Made by a program: the position numbers and the translations under genes | Source: Phaeosaccion multiseriatum | Lineage: Eukaryota; Protista; Ochrophyta, other classes | Assembly: GCA_965112735.1 (NCBI GenBank) | Contig: OZ218962.1 | Span: 1,550,001-1,614,000, forward strand | Reading direction: 5' to 3' | Length of the DNA: 64,000 nt | The notes under the pieces: model-generated | Seen by the model: only the letters and a program-made list of their open reading frames with translations | The model's database searches: none | Told to the model about the DNA's origin: nothing | Shown: positions 25,343-37,339 of the stretch, piece by piece | How positions within the stretch are numbered: position 1 is the first letter of the stretch | Layout: the number at the start of each line of letters is the position of its first letter

Positions 25343-28300
25343 ACTCCGACGGGCGAGCATCTAACTCCAACCAATACCGGCGACGACTTTTCAGCGAGAG
25401 GTGACAGGGAAAGAGAATGGGGGTGAAGGAGATGGGTCAGCAAGAGAGGTGTTGTGGCCTACATTCCGAGCTTCTGTCACGTGGAGGTGGTTGCAGCGCT
25501 ACAGTTCACACGGGTTCACAGGGGCCGAAGTGAAGGATGCAGGTTCGATCCCTGATACGCTATCGTATACGGGCCCAAAGGCTAACTTTTTGTCGTTCGG
25601 GCCGGCTGGCGCCGGCTTGGCCTATCCCTCCAGACGTGCCTGTCATCATGCCTTGTCTACACGCCTTTGCCGGGCGGAGGAGAATCACCGCTAGCAGTGG
25701 TAGCGCGCCGGTTGCGCGGGTGTTCGCTGCTGAACGGCGATACCGCTGCCTGCCGACTGGTGACGCGCCGGTTGGTGCGTGTTGGTGACCCCGGCGATAG
25801 CAGTGGATCAATAGAGTGTGGGGCGTCTTGCAGATGGAGGCGGAGAGAACGCTGCCTCGAATTTTATGCAACAAGCAGTGAAGCTTCACGTCGAGCCTTG
25901 GCTGCATCTCGCCAAGTGTGTACGTATGTACGTGGATGAGTTGCGTGAGTGAGCCCACGCTATCGAGTGTGTGAGGGCAGAAGCCCTGAAAGCCGGAGGG
26001 AAAGAGCGGAGAGCACGTGTTTCAAGTCGAGCGCCTCGTCCTCCGAGCGCGAGCGTGTGAATGCAGAAGCCCCTAAATTCAGAGGGAAAGAGAGAGAAGA
26101 GAGAGGCCGTGTTTTGGGTGCCGTGTTTTGGATGCCGTGTTTTGGGTCTGCGGAAGAAGACTCGATCGTGAGAGAGCGTGGCAAGCCTTGCGTGAAGCTG
26201 GGAAACGCGACGTTCAGTTGCATCCATCTCGGCTCTGGCCGCGTGGTGGATGAGAGCACGGCCACACGGCGCGGAATTGATTAAGGGCACAAACACTAGG
26301 AGCCCTCGGTTAGGAAAGGTTTTTCAAGTAGCCTTCGGCCCTGGCGAGGTTTCTCGGGCTCCTGGCTTCTTGGCTGTAGGCCACCTCTGGCTCCAGGCTT
26401 CTGGCCGCAGGCCAGCGCTGGCTTTTAAGCTTTCGGCCGAATGCGGCCCCTGGCTTCTGCTATCGGGGGCCAGAGAAACCTCCCCCAGGCCAATTGCCTG
26501 GTAGCTGGTTGACCAAACCTGCTACCTCTGACAGCTTCCAGCTGGGCTACAGCTACGTGAGCCGAGTGCAAGGGAGCACAGAGAGAGAGTGAAATGAGAG
26601 AGGAGGGGAGGGGCCGAGAGAGAGAGAGAGAGTGAAAAAGAAAGGAGGGTTGCACATGAATGGGTGTTGTGATAAGTATCGCCATTTGTGACTGAGCACT
26701 ATATCGACGTACAATATCGATGTGGATATCGATATTCATGTATGGCCACGGCCATCACTTCCTTGAACGCATCTCTCAGTAGGTATTATTAATACACGAG
26801 TTGACACTACTCTAGCTTGTCCCTGTCATCGTAGAGGAGATATCGCAACAATGGGCGACAGGAAGGACCACCCCGCCTTGCCCTGCTCTGCATGGCGTTC
26901 GCCATCATCCTCATGAAAAGAAGGAGGGAAGGAAGGAAGGAACGAAGAATGAGGATATTAGAGAAAGACAAGGCCTTCAGGGGAAGGGGGGGGCGCGTGA
27001 AGGCGGAAGCTGCTGTGGGGTGGGAGTGATAGGCGTAACAGATTGAAACGGGGTGGCAAGGAGTGGGCGAGAGAGAGAGACGCCAGAAGGGCGGGCCGGG
27101 TTTGATACAGTGACGCTTTGCACACAGCACAGCACGGCCCTGTGTGCGCTACTGAGTGCTGCAGGCTGAGACAAGTGACGCCAGACACACTGACCTGAAG
27201 CCACAGATTGGGGTACGGCCGTAGCTAGCTCGGCTGAAGATTTGTTGAATGTTCTTGACAATCTGCTGCAGCTACGTGAGCCGAGTGCAAGCAGGGCAGC
27301 ACCACAAACATGAATGATTAGACGACGAATACTCGGCCCCAGACACGCCTAGCTGCCTAGGCCTATTTTGGAATATTGTCCGGCCTAGAGAGGGCCATAG
27401 GCTCTCGGCCTACTAGGCGGCCTAGGCGTAAGCGAGGGGAAATTTGCCCCTGGCTGAGCTGGCTCGGAGCCCGCCCAATTATCTTTTTTTGTCAAACGAC
27501 AGTACACAGATGCTAAAAAGGGAAAAGGGGGACCTTCCTCCGCCCCGGGGCCCACCACCTCTGGCTGGTCTGAGCGCCACATCACGAGATCCCTCTCCCC
27601 TTTACACCTCCTCATCTTACGAGTGGTACAAGCTCACCCGCTCGAGCGGATCCCTCTCCCATAATCTTGATGTGTAGTGATTCCCCCAAATTGAGAGAGT
27701 GAGAGAGAGAAAATACGAAAGCAACTCCGCGTCATGCATCGTCGTGGCCCTGCAGCGCTGTGAAGCCGTCCAGCCCGGAGCATGTACGCAGCGTTGTTTG
27801 TCTCTTTCCGCCTCGCCTGCTGCTGCTACCACTGGCTTGGGCCGGCCGGCGCCACGCACGCGCCCGCGGTCACGGGGCAGCCTCCCCGTGAGTCACGTCT
27901 AGGCTACCTAGAGGCTGCCTAGAGGCGGGCTAGAGGCCGCCTAGGACTGAAAAGTGGTAGCGGACAGGTAGCAGCTAGCTTACCTGGCAGCTGATGTCTG
28001 ATGGTTGGCCGGCCGGCCGGTCGGCCGGTAGCAGGTCAAGGCCGGCTGACGCCGGCGGTAGCAGGTAGCATGCTGGCTGGCGCCGGGTAGCAGGTACAGG
28101 GGTCGAAAAGGTATAATAGCAGGGGTCGAGAGGAAGAAAGGGGAAGGAAAGAGAAACCTAAGAAACTAAAATCATGTATCTCTGTGTCTCCGGGGCCCTC
28201 GAGGGGCCGGTTACTCCCCCTCGTAGTCGGGGAGGGGAAGTGCAGGACCAGCCAGCTCCGCGGTTGAGCCGACCCAGGAAGGCGCTCTCTCACTCCAACC

Positions 28301-28352
28301 GCCGACCAGCTCCAGGGTCTCGATGGCAAAGGTTGAGGCGAACCCGTTAGTC

Positions 28353-29390
28353 ACTCGGCCCCAGACTGGCCTAGAAGCCTATGCTCTAGGCCTAGGCCGG
28401 CGGCCGTTGGCCGCTCTAGGCCGGCTTTTTTTTCTCCCTAGGCCGGCGGTTCTAGGCCTAGGCCTCGACCTATCTGATTACTGATTCCGGCCGGCGCACC
28501 CGGCTCGATTACTGATTATGGTGCCAGCCGGCCTGGCTGGTTGGTGATTGCAGCCGGTGACCAGCCGGCCTGATTACTGATTATGCGCCAGCCGGGGGCT
28601 GACGGCCGGCGTCGAAGGGACGAGGGAGGGAGGGAGAGAGGGAGAGAGGGAGGGAGGGAGGGAGGGAGGGAGGGAGAGAGGGAGGGAGGGAGGGAGGGAG
28701 GGAGGGAGGGAGGGAGGGAGGGAGGGAGGGAGGGAGGGAGGGAGGGAGGGAGGGAGGGAGGGAGGGAGGGAGGGAGGGAGGGAGGGAGGGAGGGAGGGAG
28801 GGAGGGAGGGAGGGAGGGAGGGAGGGAGGGAGGGAGGGAGGGAGGGAGGGAGGGAGGGAGGGAGGGAGGGAGGGAGGGAGAGGGAGGGAGGGAGGGAGGG
28901 AGGGAGGGAGGGAGGGAGGGAGGGAGGGAGGGAGGGAGGGAGGGAGGGAGGGAGGGAGGGAGGGAGGGAGGGAGGGAGGGAGGGAGGGAGGGAGGGAGGG
29001 AGGGAGGGAGGGAGGGAGGGAGGGAGGGAGGGAGGGAGGGAGGGAGGGAGGGAGGGAGGGAGGGAGGGAGGGAGGGAGGGAGGGAGGGAGTCGACCCTGG
29101 ACAAGATTATCTGATTACTGATTACGGCCGGCGCAGCCGGCCTGATTACTGATTATGACCGGCGCCAGCCGGTCTGGTTGCTTACAGCCGGTGACCAGCC
29201 GGCCTGAGTACTGATTATGCGGCTGAATACTGATTATGTCCGTAATCTTGTCCAGGCAGGGTCAATAGGCCTAGGCCGGGGGGGCTGCGCCAAAAATAGG
29301 CCTAGGCCGGGGGCCTGCGGCCCCCCTAGGCCGGCCAAATTTCGACTCTAGGCCTATATATAGGCTTCTAGGCCAGTCTGGGGCCGAAGT
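28353..29390. mobile_element. Non-autonomous TIR element with internal direct repeats and a (GGGA)n core
   Basis: TCGGCCCCAGACTGGCCTAGAAGCCTA (28355-28381) is the exact reverse complement of 29361-29387. No coding capacity. TSD unclear. Confidence 0.7.
28622..29090 (+). repeat. (GGGA)n tetranucleotide tract, ~470 bp
   Basis: Nearly perfect GGGA repeat, seen directly. Confidence 0.97.
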
Positions 29391-29549
29391 CGCGTTATCA
29401 ACGTTATCAACGTTAGGGCGATTTGGGTGAGCCATCTGTGATTCCTTGCCTTATCCCCCCCCTGGGTTTTTTGATTCTGTGCCTACACGTACGGTTGTCA
29501 CAGATATTTTCCTCGCGAACTCCACCCTTTCTTTCCCTTGCATCGCATC

Positions 29550-32013
29550 ATGACGACCAATGCTGCCACCTACACGTGAGTCTAACTTGTGTCCTTGTTC
29601 GCGGTTGCTTCTATGTCCGCCACGCATGAAACGGAGAGCAAGCGGCGGTAGATGACCACTCTCGCCCACTCGCTTGGCTCTCTCTTGTTCCCTCCCACGT
29701 ACATTTTGTCTTATAGCACGAGCAGCATTGTGCGACAGCTTGCATGTCTATCATACATCCTAGATCCAGAATATAACCTCTCTTGGTGTTCGCTCCGCGC
29801 CTTCTGACCCCCCATCTATGTTCGCGCTCTCCCCCCTCACAGGAAGGACTTGATCTTTTCTGATTGCGATGCCGTTGACCGCAAGACGAAGATCTTTTGT
29901 ACCTTGGGGCCGGCGTGTTGGGACGTGGACTCGTTGGTGAAGCTGGTACGAGCGGGGGGGAGCAGGAGCTGTCGAGGATAAAGAGCAAAGGGGATTGTTA
30001 GAAGATGATGTGTAGAGAGGGGGGGGGGGGAATAGGACCGAGCAGAGTAAAGGGGTTTAAAGAACTGCACCTTTGGACTTCAGGGCCCTTCTGTGGCGTT
30101 GGTTGTCACTCGAAAGAGCCAAGCCGTCCCGATTCTCTCTCTATGCTTTCCTCCTGCCCGTCCACGAGAAGCCAACCCCATGCGAGCTTAGGAAGACTGA
30201 TTTTCTTGCTGTGATGCTTTGTGCCATGTGTGCGCATGCAGATTGATGCTGGCATGAACGTGGCTCGCTTCAACTTCTCTCATGGAGACCACGAGAGCCA
30301 TGCTGCGTGCCTTCAGAGGCTGCGCAAGGCGTGCGCGAAGAGGCGAGACAAGCACGTGGCCGTGGTTCTGGACACCAAGGGACCGGAGGTGCGATCAGGC
30401 TTTCTCGCAACCGAGGACAAGAAGGCACATCTTAAGCGCGGTCAGGAGCTGGAGTTGACCACCGACTACGAATTCAAGGGGGACAGCACCAAGATTGCTT
30501 GCTCGCTGAAGTCTTTGCCCACCACCGTCAAGCCGGGGTCTACCATTCTTGTTGCTGACGGGTCGCTCGTTCTCACCGTCAAGGAGTGCAAGGAAACGTA
30601 CGTGGAAGCTTGTGTTTCTACACCCTCTGTGCGTGGTTTCTTTCTTTCCTCTCCTGCCGCTTACCACCTTTTGGCCTACGTTACGTGACTTGCAGCTCGA
30701 TCATCTGCGAAGTCATGAACAACTGCTCGCTGGGGGAGCGCAAGAACATGAACCTTCCCGGAGCGATTATTGACCTCCCCACTCTGACAGAGAAGGTGCG
30801 TGGGAGGACGCACGGACGTTTTCTCTCCGCTCCATTCATGCACCTTACCTTACCTTGCCATAAATGACTTTGTTACCCACTCAGGACATTGACGATATTG
30901 TCACATGGGGCGTCGTGCACGGCGTGGACTACATTGCCGCGTCTTTCGTGCGAAAGGCCACTGATGTGCACAGGATCCGCGAGGTGCTAGGAGAGGAGGG
31001 GAAGCACATCAAGGTACGAGAATCCTGGCCTGCCCCTCATCATCGTGCTCTTTAACTCATGTGACTGACTTGAATGAATCCCTCTCCCTCCCGCACAAAC
31101 AAATGCGCCCCCCACCCCAGATTATTTGCAAGATCGAGAACCAGGAGGGCATCAACAACTACGACGAGATCCTGGCAGCCACGGACTCCATTATGGTGGC
31201 GAGAGGGGACATGGGCATGGAGATTCCGTCGGAGAAAGTCTTCTTGGCCCAGAAGTACATGATTCGCAAGGCCAACATTGCGGGCAAGCCCGTGGTGACC
31301 GCCACGCAGATGCTTGAGAGCATGATTACCAACCCACGGCCCACCCGAGCAGAGTGTGCTGATGTGGCGAATGCTGTCCTGGACGGCACGGACGCAGTCA
31401 TGCTTTCTGGGGAGACAGCCAACGGTACGTCCTTCTCCTTTACTTGCTCGCACAAAAAAGGGAAAGCAGCTTGCGTGTAAATGAAAGCTCACCACCCCTC
31501 CCCTTCCGCCTCGCTTCCTCTGCAGGCGACTACCCAGAAGAGGCGGTGTCGATCATGTCACGCATCTGCAAGGAGGCCGAAGGAGCCTTAGACTTCGACG
31601 TTGTCTACCAGGACATTCGCAACACCGTCATTAATGAGAACACCAACATGGACGGGGCTGAGTCGGTAGCGTCGTCAGCGGTGAAAACGGCCATTGACAC
31701 CAGCGCGAAGATGATTGTCGTCCTCACAGAGACTGGAACCACGGCAAGGTTGCTGGCCAAGTACCGCCCCTCCATGCGCATTTTGGCCTTCACCACGACG
31801 ACGGAGGTTGCCCGCCAGTGCTGCGGCTACTTGAGAAATGTTCACACTCAGGTCATCGGGAGCATGATTGGAACCGAGAGCATCCTGTTCAGGGCCATTG
31901 ATATTGGTAAGCAGAAGGGCTGGTTGGCAGCCGGAGACGCCGTTGTGGCTGTTCACGGCATGAAGGAGGCAACCGCCGGGAGTACCAACATGTTGCGAGT
32001 TCTCTCGGCCTGA
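29550..32013 (+). CDS. PK: Pyruvate kinase (likely cytosolic), multi-exon
   Basis: '[14 protein letters not shown]', '[12 protein letters not shown]', 'LDTKGPEVR', 'KIENQEG', '[12 protein letters not shown]', '[16 protein letters not shown]' and 'VMLSGETA'. The start exon is uncertain. Confidence 0.95.
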
Positions 32014-32194
32014 GCGCCTCTTCTGTGTGCACACAAGGTCCCCCCTTCAGCAGCTAGTCTGCTTCTGCTGTCGCGCGTTGGCAAACTTACGAAGGACAGG
32101 CGTGGGTAGAGAAGGGAAGAGAGAGTAAAAAAAAAACACTAGGAGGGGATTTACAAGCAATTAAGAAAGAAAAAATGAAGAAAATAAATAATTA

Positions 32195-32561
32195 CTGCGA
32201 TTTCGCGGTTGAGTGGTACTTTTGACGCCCCATTTATTTTTTTTGACGCCAAATGACGATTTTTTTGACGACGTTTGACGACGCTTTAGCCCCCTATTTG
32301 ACGCCCTGTGACGCCTTTTGACGCTCTTTGACGCCCTTTGACGCCCTTTTCCGTGATTTTTTTTTACGTGATTTTTTTTAGACCCGAATTAAGATAACTG
32401 GGCGTCAAAGGGCGTCAAAGGGCGTCAAAGGGCGTCAAATAGGGGGCTAAAGCGTCGTCAAACGTCGTCAAACGTCGTCAAACGTCGTCAAAAATATCGT
32501 CATTTGGCGTCAAAAAAAATTAATGGGGCGTCAAAAGTGCCACTCAACGGCGAAATCACAG
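32195..32561. mobile_element. MITE-like foldback element (367 bp) with long imperfect TIRs, TA-flanked
   Basis: Left arm CTGCGATTTCGCGGTTGAGTGGTACTTTTGACGCCCC mirrors right arm GGGGCGTCAAAAGTGCCACTCAACGGCGAAATCACAG. The arms extend ~150 bp. TA on both sides is consistent with a Tc1/mariner-type TSD. Confidence 0.85.
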
Positions 32562-32704
32562 TAATGAAATTGAAAAAAAGAAGAGAAAACAAATTACCGC
32601 AAAGAATCAAAGAATGGTCTCGGTGGGTCGGGCCCAAGGCCGAATATCTGAAACTGGACATTCAACTCCCGTCCCGCCCCCAAACTCCCCTCATTGTCTG
32701 CGCC

Positions 32705-35237
32705 ATGGCTCCCCTCAAGCACGTTGTTCTGCTTGGAGCCGCAGCAGCCGGTGTCCAGGCCTTTGTCCCCCATGGCGGCGTGTCGTCCGTCCGGTCCTTG
32801 ACCGGCTTAGGTAGGGTGGAAGTGTCTTTTTAGTGTGTGTTGATGTAGCCCTGAGCACCTCCCAAACCTTCGCAGACTCGTCCATGAAGATGTCGGAGGC
32901 AAGCCCATCTGTCAAGGTGTCAAATCCGATGACCCTCACCGAGAAGATTATTGCGAAGGTGTGTGCTGAGCTTGAGCAGCACTGGCGGGGCGCGCGACAG
33001 TATCTTACATGGCTTGTCCCCTCGCGTATCCACCAGGCCTGCGACAAGGCTGTTGTCAAGCCCAACGATAACGTGTGGGTGAAGACAGACGTGCTAATGA
33101 CGCACGATGTGTGCGGCCCCGGCACAATCGGGAACTTCTACAAGGTACTGGGAGGGAGGCAGGAGGGAGAGGACGCCCTTCGCATGTGTTCACTCTCCGA
33201 CTCCCCCCCCCCCTCAGGAATTCGGCACAGATGCTAAAGTCTGGGATAAAGACGGTGTAGTGATTATCCCAGATCACTACATTTTCACAGATGATCCAAG
33301 GGCGAACAGGTGAGGTCATCTGTGTCCTACAAGAATTGAATGGAAAGGGTCGACTGACAGGACGCTCCTTCCTCGTGCGGCAGGAACGTGGACATTCTGA
33401 GGGACTTTTGCGACGAGCAGGACATTAAATACTTCTATGATATAACGGACCGCGGAGACTTCAAGGCCAACCCAGACTATAAGGGCGTATGCCACGTTGC
33501 GCTGGCGCAGGAGGGGCACACGCGGCCTGGAGAGGTAGGTGAATGTTGGAGACGTCGTGCCAAAGTTTAAAGCTGACCTCCAATTCTGTTTTGTTTCGTT
33601 TGACCACAGGTGCTCTTTGGCACGGATAGTCACACGTGTAACGCTGGCGCGTTCGGACAGTTCGCCACTGGTATTGGCAACACAGACGCCTCCTTCGTGT
33701 TAGGAACTGGAAAGCTGCTCGTCAAGACACCGGCTACGATGAAGTTCGGGCTGAGCGGCAATGTGCGTATGTATGACGTTAAGCCGGGGCGGCCTGTGAT
33801 GTCTCTCCCTCTCTCTCTCTGTGTGTGTGTGTGTGGTTTGTGTGTGTGGCCCCTCGGCTGTCTCGCTCTTACTCAAATCACTTGGACGTGCGTTCTTCAG
33901 ATTCCTGACTACATCCTGGCGAAGGATATTATCCTTCAAATCATCGGCGACATTGGTGTAGCTGGAGCCACGTATCGCAGTATGGAGTTTGCCGGGGATT
34001 CCCTGGGACAGCTTTCAATGGAAGAGCGTCAGGTGTGCAGCCGTTTGTCACGTTATGATTTAAGCCTGGCCATCAACATACTTACATGTATTGCGGGCGC
34101 TACATGAACAGACGCTGTGCAACATGGCGATTGAGGCCGGTGGGAAGAACGGAATCATCCCCGCCGATGACATCACGACGGCTTACGTGGATGCGCGAAA
34201 TGCTGGAAACAAGCCTTACGAGATCTTCCAAGCGGATGCTGGGGTAGGTGTCTCGCCGTAGGGCTAAAGTCGTGTGCTCAACTCCCCCCTCCACCAGCAG
34301 CAAATCTCCAACGCTCTCTCCTGTTCCCCGTTGTTCCCTTGGGATGCATGTTCGCAGGCCTCGTACTACAGTGAGCACGATTACGACGTGTCTCAGCTCG
34401 AGCCAGTGGTCGCTAAGCCTCATTCCCCTGACAACAAGGTGTGTGCAGATCGTGCGCTCTTTTGTTTGCGTTGGAAGCGTTGCCACTCACAGTCCGAGTG
34501 TCCCGTTAACTGTTTACAGGCACTCGCTCGCGACTGTCGGGATATTAAGATTGATCGAGTCTACATTGGCTCATGCACTGGCGGCAAGACAGAGGACTTT
34601 GCTGCCGCCGCTCGAGTTCTTCAAAACCAACGTGTCAAGGTGTGTTGTTCCCTCTCTTGCAGGACCGTTCGTATTTCGCGTGAGGACCAGCCGCGACACT
34701 TAGTCTGACCAAAGCTTCTGGACCAGAGCAGACTCCCCACGCTTACCTCCCCTCCATCTTCCTCCCCTCTACAGGTTCCTACCTTCCTGGTTCCCGCTAC
34801 ACAGAGCGTGTACAATGACATCCAAACAAAAATGATCAATGGAAAGACAATGGCAACCATTTTCCGAGAGGCTGGGTGCTTGGAGCCTGCCTCACCCTCT
34901 TGTGCGGCATGCCTGGGCGGACCGGCAGACACGTACGCAAGGATGAACGAGCCTTTGCTGTGTGTCAGTACCACCAACCGGAACTTCCCCGGCCGTATGG
35001 GCCACAAGGTATGGCAATTTGCGTTTTTGCGGGGAACTGGCGTGTCGGTTCAATCTGTGCTCACCTTTCCTTCCTTCTCTATTGGGCGAAACCAACGCAC
35101 AGGATGCGGGCATCTTCCTGGCTAGCCCCTACACCGCAGCGGCGTCTGCAGTAACGGGCTATGTCACTGACCCCCGAGAGGTGTTCGACTTTAGCAAGGA
35201 CAAGAGATATGCCGTAGAGGATCTCCTCGAAGGATGA
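32705..35237 (+). CDS. leuC: 3-isopropylmalate dehydratase large subunit, plastid-targeted, multi-exon
   Basis: Presequence MAPLKHVVLLGAAAAGVQAFVP. Motifs 'MTLTEKII', 'MTHDVCGPG', 'IPDHY', 'GTDSHTCNAGAFG', 'YIGSCTGGK', 'PSCAACLGG', 'STTNRNFPGRMG' and 'LASPYTAAASA'. Confidence 0.95.
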
Positions 35238-35439
35238 TTCCGTGCTCTTTTTTGCCCAATAGGACGACGACACGACACCGCAGAGGACATACGGGATAGT
35301 GTCCGCTTCAACAGCATAGTAAGAAAGTTAGTAGTAGGCAGTAGTTCAAGAGGAAATAGTGAAGGAGCGCGCAGCTGTCGTGATAGTATCGGAGCGAGCC
35401 TGGCCTTGGTGTTTGGACCTTCATCAACAAGCACCTCTA

Positions 35440-37187
35440 TTATTTGGCCTTCTTCTCTTTGTCTTCTTTTGCCCTTCGGCCCCAGGCTTTCATCCCCAGG
35501 TAAAGGGCAACGAAAAGCACAAGGCCACCAGAAGCGAGCGCTTTGCCCTTTTTTCGTACTTCCCTCCACTTCCACCGATCGAGGGACCCCACGCTCTTCG
35601 CTAACTGAGCGACGGTATTGACCAAGGCAATGATTTCGTTGCGATTGAAGGGCATGGCGCTGAGCTCCTGCTCCGTCGCCAGCATGATCTTGAGGGCTGT
35701 TCCAATTCCGAGTGTCTCCAGCTTGCCCCACAGCTGATGATCGAGAGTGTACAATACAAGCAATGGGAGCGTTCCAAGAGCTTGAGACTAGAGAGCAGCA
35801 TAGATGACGGAGGCGAGTGCCTACCTAGGCACCTATGGCAAACGTACCTTGCACTTCTCACACCCCACACAGTCCATGATCATACTGATGTTATGGAACT
35901 TGACCCTGTACTGCTCCTTTAAGGTGGCCAATTCCTGCTGCTCTGCGAGCAGTTCCAGCTCCGTCGTGTGATTGTTCGACACCTGAGACAGGTGCGAGCG
36001 AGAAGCCTCAGACCCAATGACGCGCGCTACCTTACGCCAGGAAGTACAACTGACCTGGAACATTTGGGACTCGTCGAAGCCAGTCATACACATTGGCGCA
36101 GACACGGGAGGGCCCTGACCGTCCTCTGCAAAGTTGTGTATTTGCGCCAAACTGTGAACAAGCTCTTTCGTATACGCGTCCTCATGGCTATTCCCCGTCG
36201 AAAAGTCGTACTCCTCCAGTCGAGGAGCGAGTTTGCCAATCGCTCTCAGCAAGAATATATATACAAAGTACATGTTCGTGAGGCGATCCTCGTGCCAGCC
36301 GACCGCTCGTAGAAACAAATCGAGATTGAGGTCCCAGCGGCCGTTTTCAAATCGATAGTCGAGGGCCACCTGCGTGGTGATGGATGACTGCAGCCCACTT
36401 AGAAGACGAAAGAAGACTCTCTTCTCTCTGCAGGTGTGGTCAAAGTCGAAGCAATTCTCCATGTAGATAACACGCCACACCCTCTGAGCCGAGGCTCCTG
36501 AGTACCTGTATCCGTGTGTATAGAAAGAGAACACAGAGAGCCATGTTATGACAACAAGAGATGGGAGGGTTTTGGCCCTAAACCACACTCACCCAGTAAA
36601 CCTCTCTGGATTCTCCTCCAGGTTCGCATACATCATATCCTCATCAGCATCGTCCTGCACGGTCCAAATTTGGGCGTTGTTCGTCTCCTTCCACGGCTCA
36701 GGAACGGTCTCTATAGAGCTGACGTGCCCGAAATTGCGCTCAATTTCCGAGTTGTCGCTGCACAGCTTCTCCAGGCGAACTTGCTCCTTGCACTCTGCCT
36801 GCCCAAGGTCCCGCGAGTCTTCCTCTCGCCACAGACTTGGAACATCCTCCTGATCGCACTCGCACAACGAGCAGTCTCTCAAGAAGCACTCGTCTGCCTC
36901 CTCCCAAAATGGACAATCCTTGCTCAGGTTCACTTTAAAGTATTTGAAGAACGTCCTTGACTGTAGCTTTGTCAGCAGCGGGAGGAAATATTGTTGCGTG
37001 GCATCATCCACCACACTAAACTCAATCCCGGTATCACTAACATTGCCTGGCAGTCGAGCAATCTGTGGGGAACAAGGACGAATTGTTGAACGCTGGGGGG
37101 GACAGCATCGACGACAGGAAAGAGGGGACTTACATTAAAGAAGTTCCAACCATCCAAAGCGGTGAAGAGGAGAGATTGCCATCTCAT
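35440..37187 (-). CDS. ERO1: ER oxidoreductin 1, multi-exon
   Basis: 'FFKYFKVNL.KDCPFW', 'CFLRDCSLCEC', 'NLEENPERFTGYSG', 'C.EKRVFFRLLSGL', 'IMDCVGCEKC' and 'LWGKLETLGIGTALKI'. The start is uncertain. Confidence 0.92.
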
Positions 37188-37339
37188 GACTTTCCGGAAG
37201 CAAGTCTATATTACACCCTTCCGGAAGCGCGACAGAGACGTAAGGGAGGTGGACAACAAATGGCACGAATTACACATTGCAAGGGCCCTCTGTGGAAAAG
37301 GAAAAAAGCAGGGCAATCAAACAACCAGCTGTAAGAGCA

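Noticed and set aside
25480-25560. tRNA-like T-arm CAGG-TTCGATC-CCTG (B-box)
   Set aside because: No acceptor stem or convincing D and anticodon arms could be folded. tRNAscan-SE would be needed, and at best this is a degenerate tRNA or SINE relic.
25560-26296. Minus-strand ORFs suggesting a small gene
   Set aside because: No recognisable domain and no consistent exon chain could be built.
28574-29152. ORFs encoding (PPSL)n / (GGRE)n
   Set aside because: These are translations of the GGGA microsatellite.
28470-29240. CTGATTA repeats as hammerhead ribozyme cores
   Set aside because: The hammerhead core needs CUGANGA plus GAAA with flanking stems. Neither is present.
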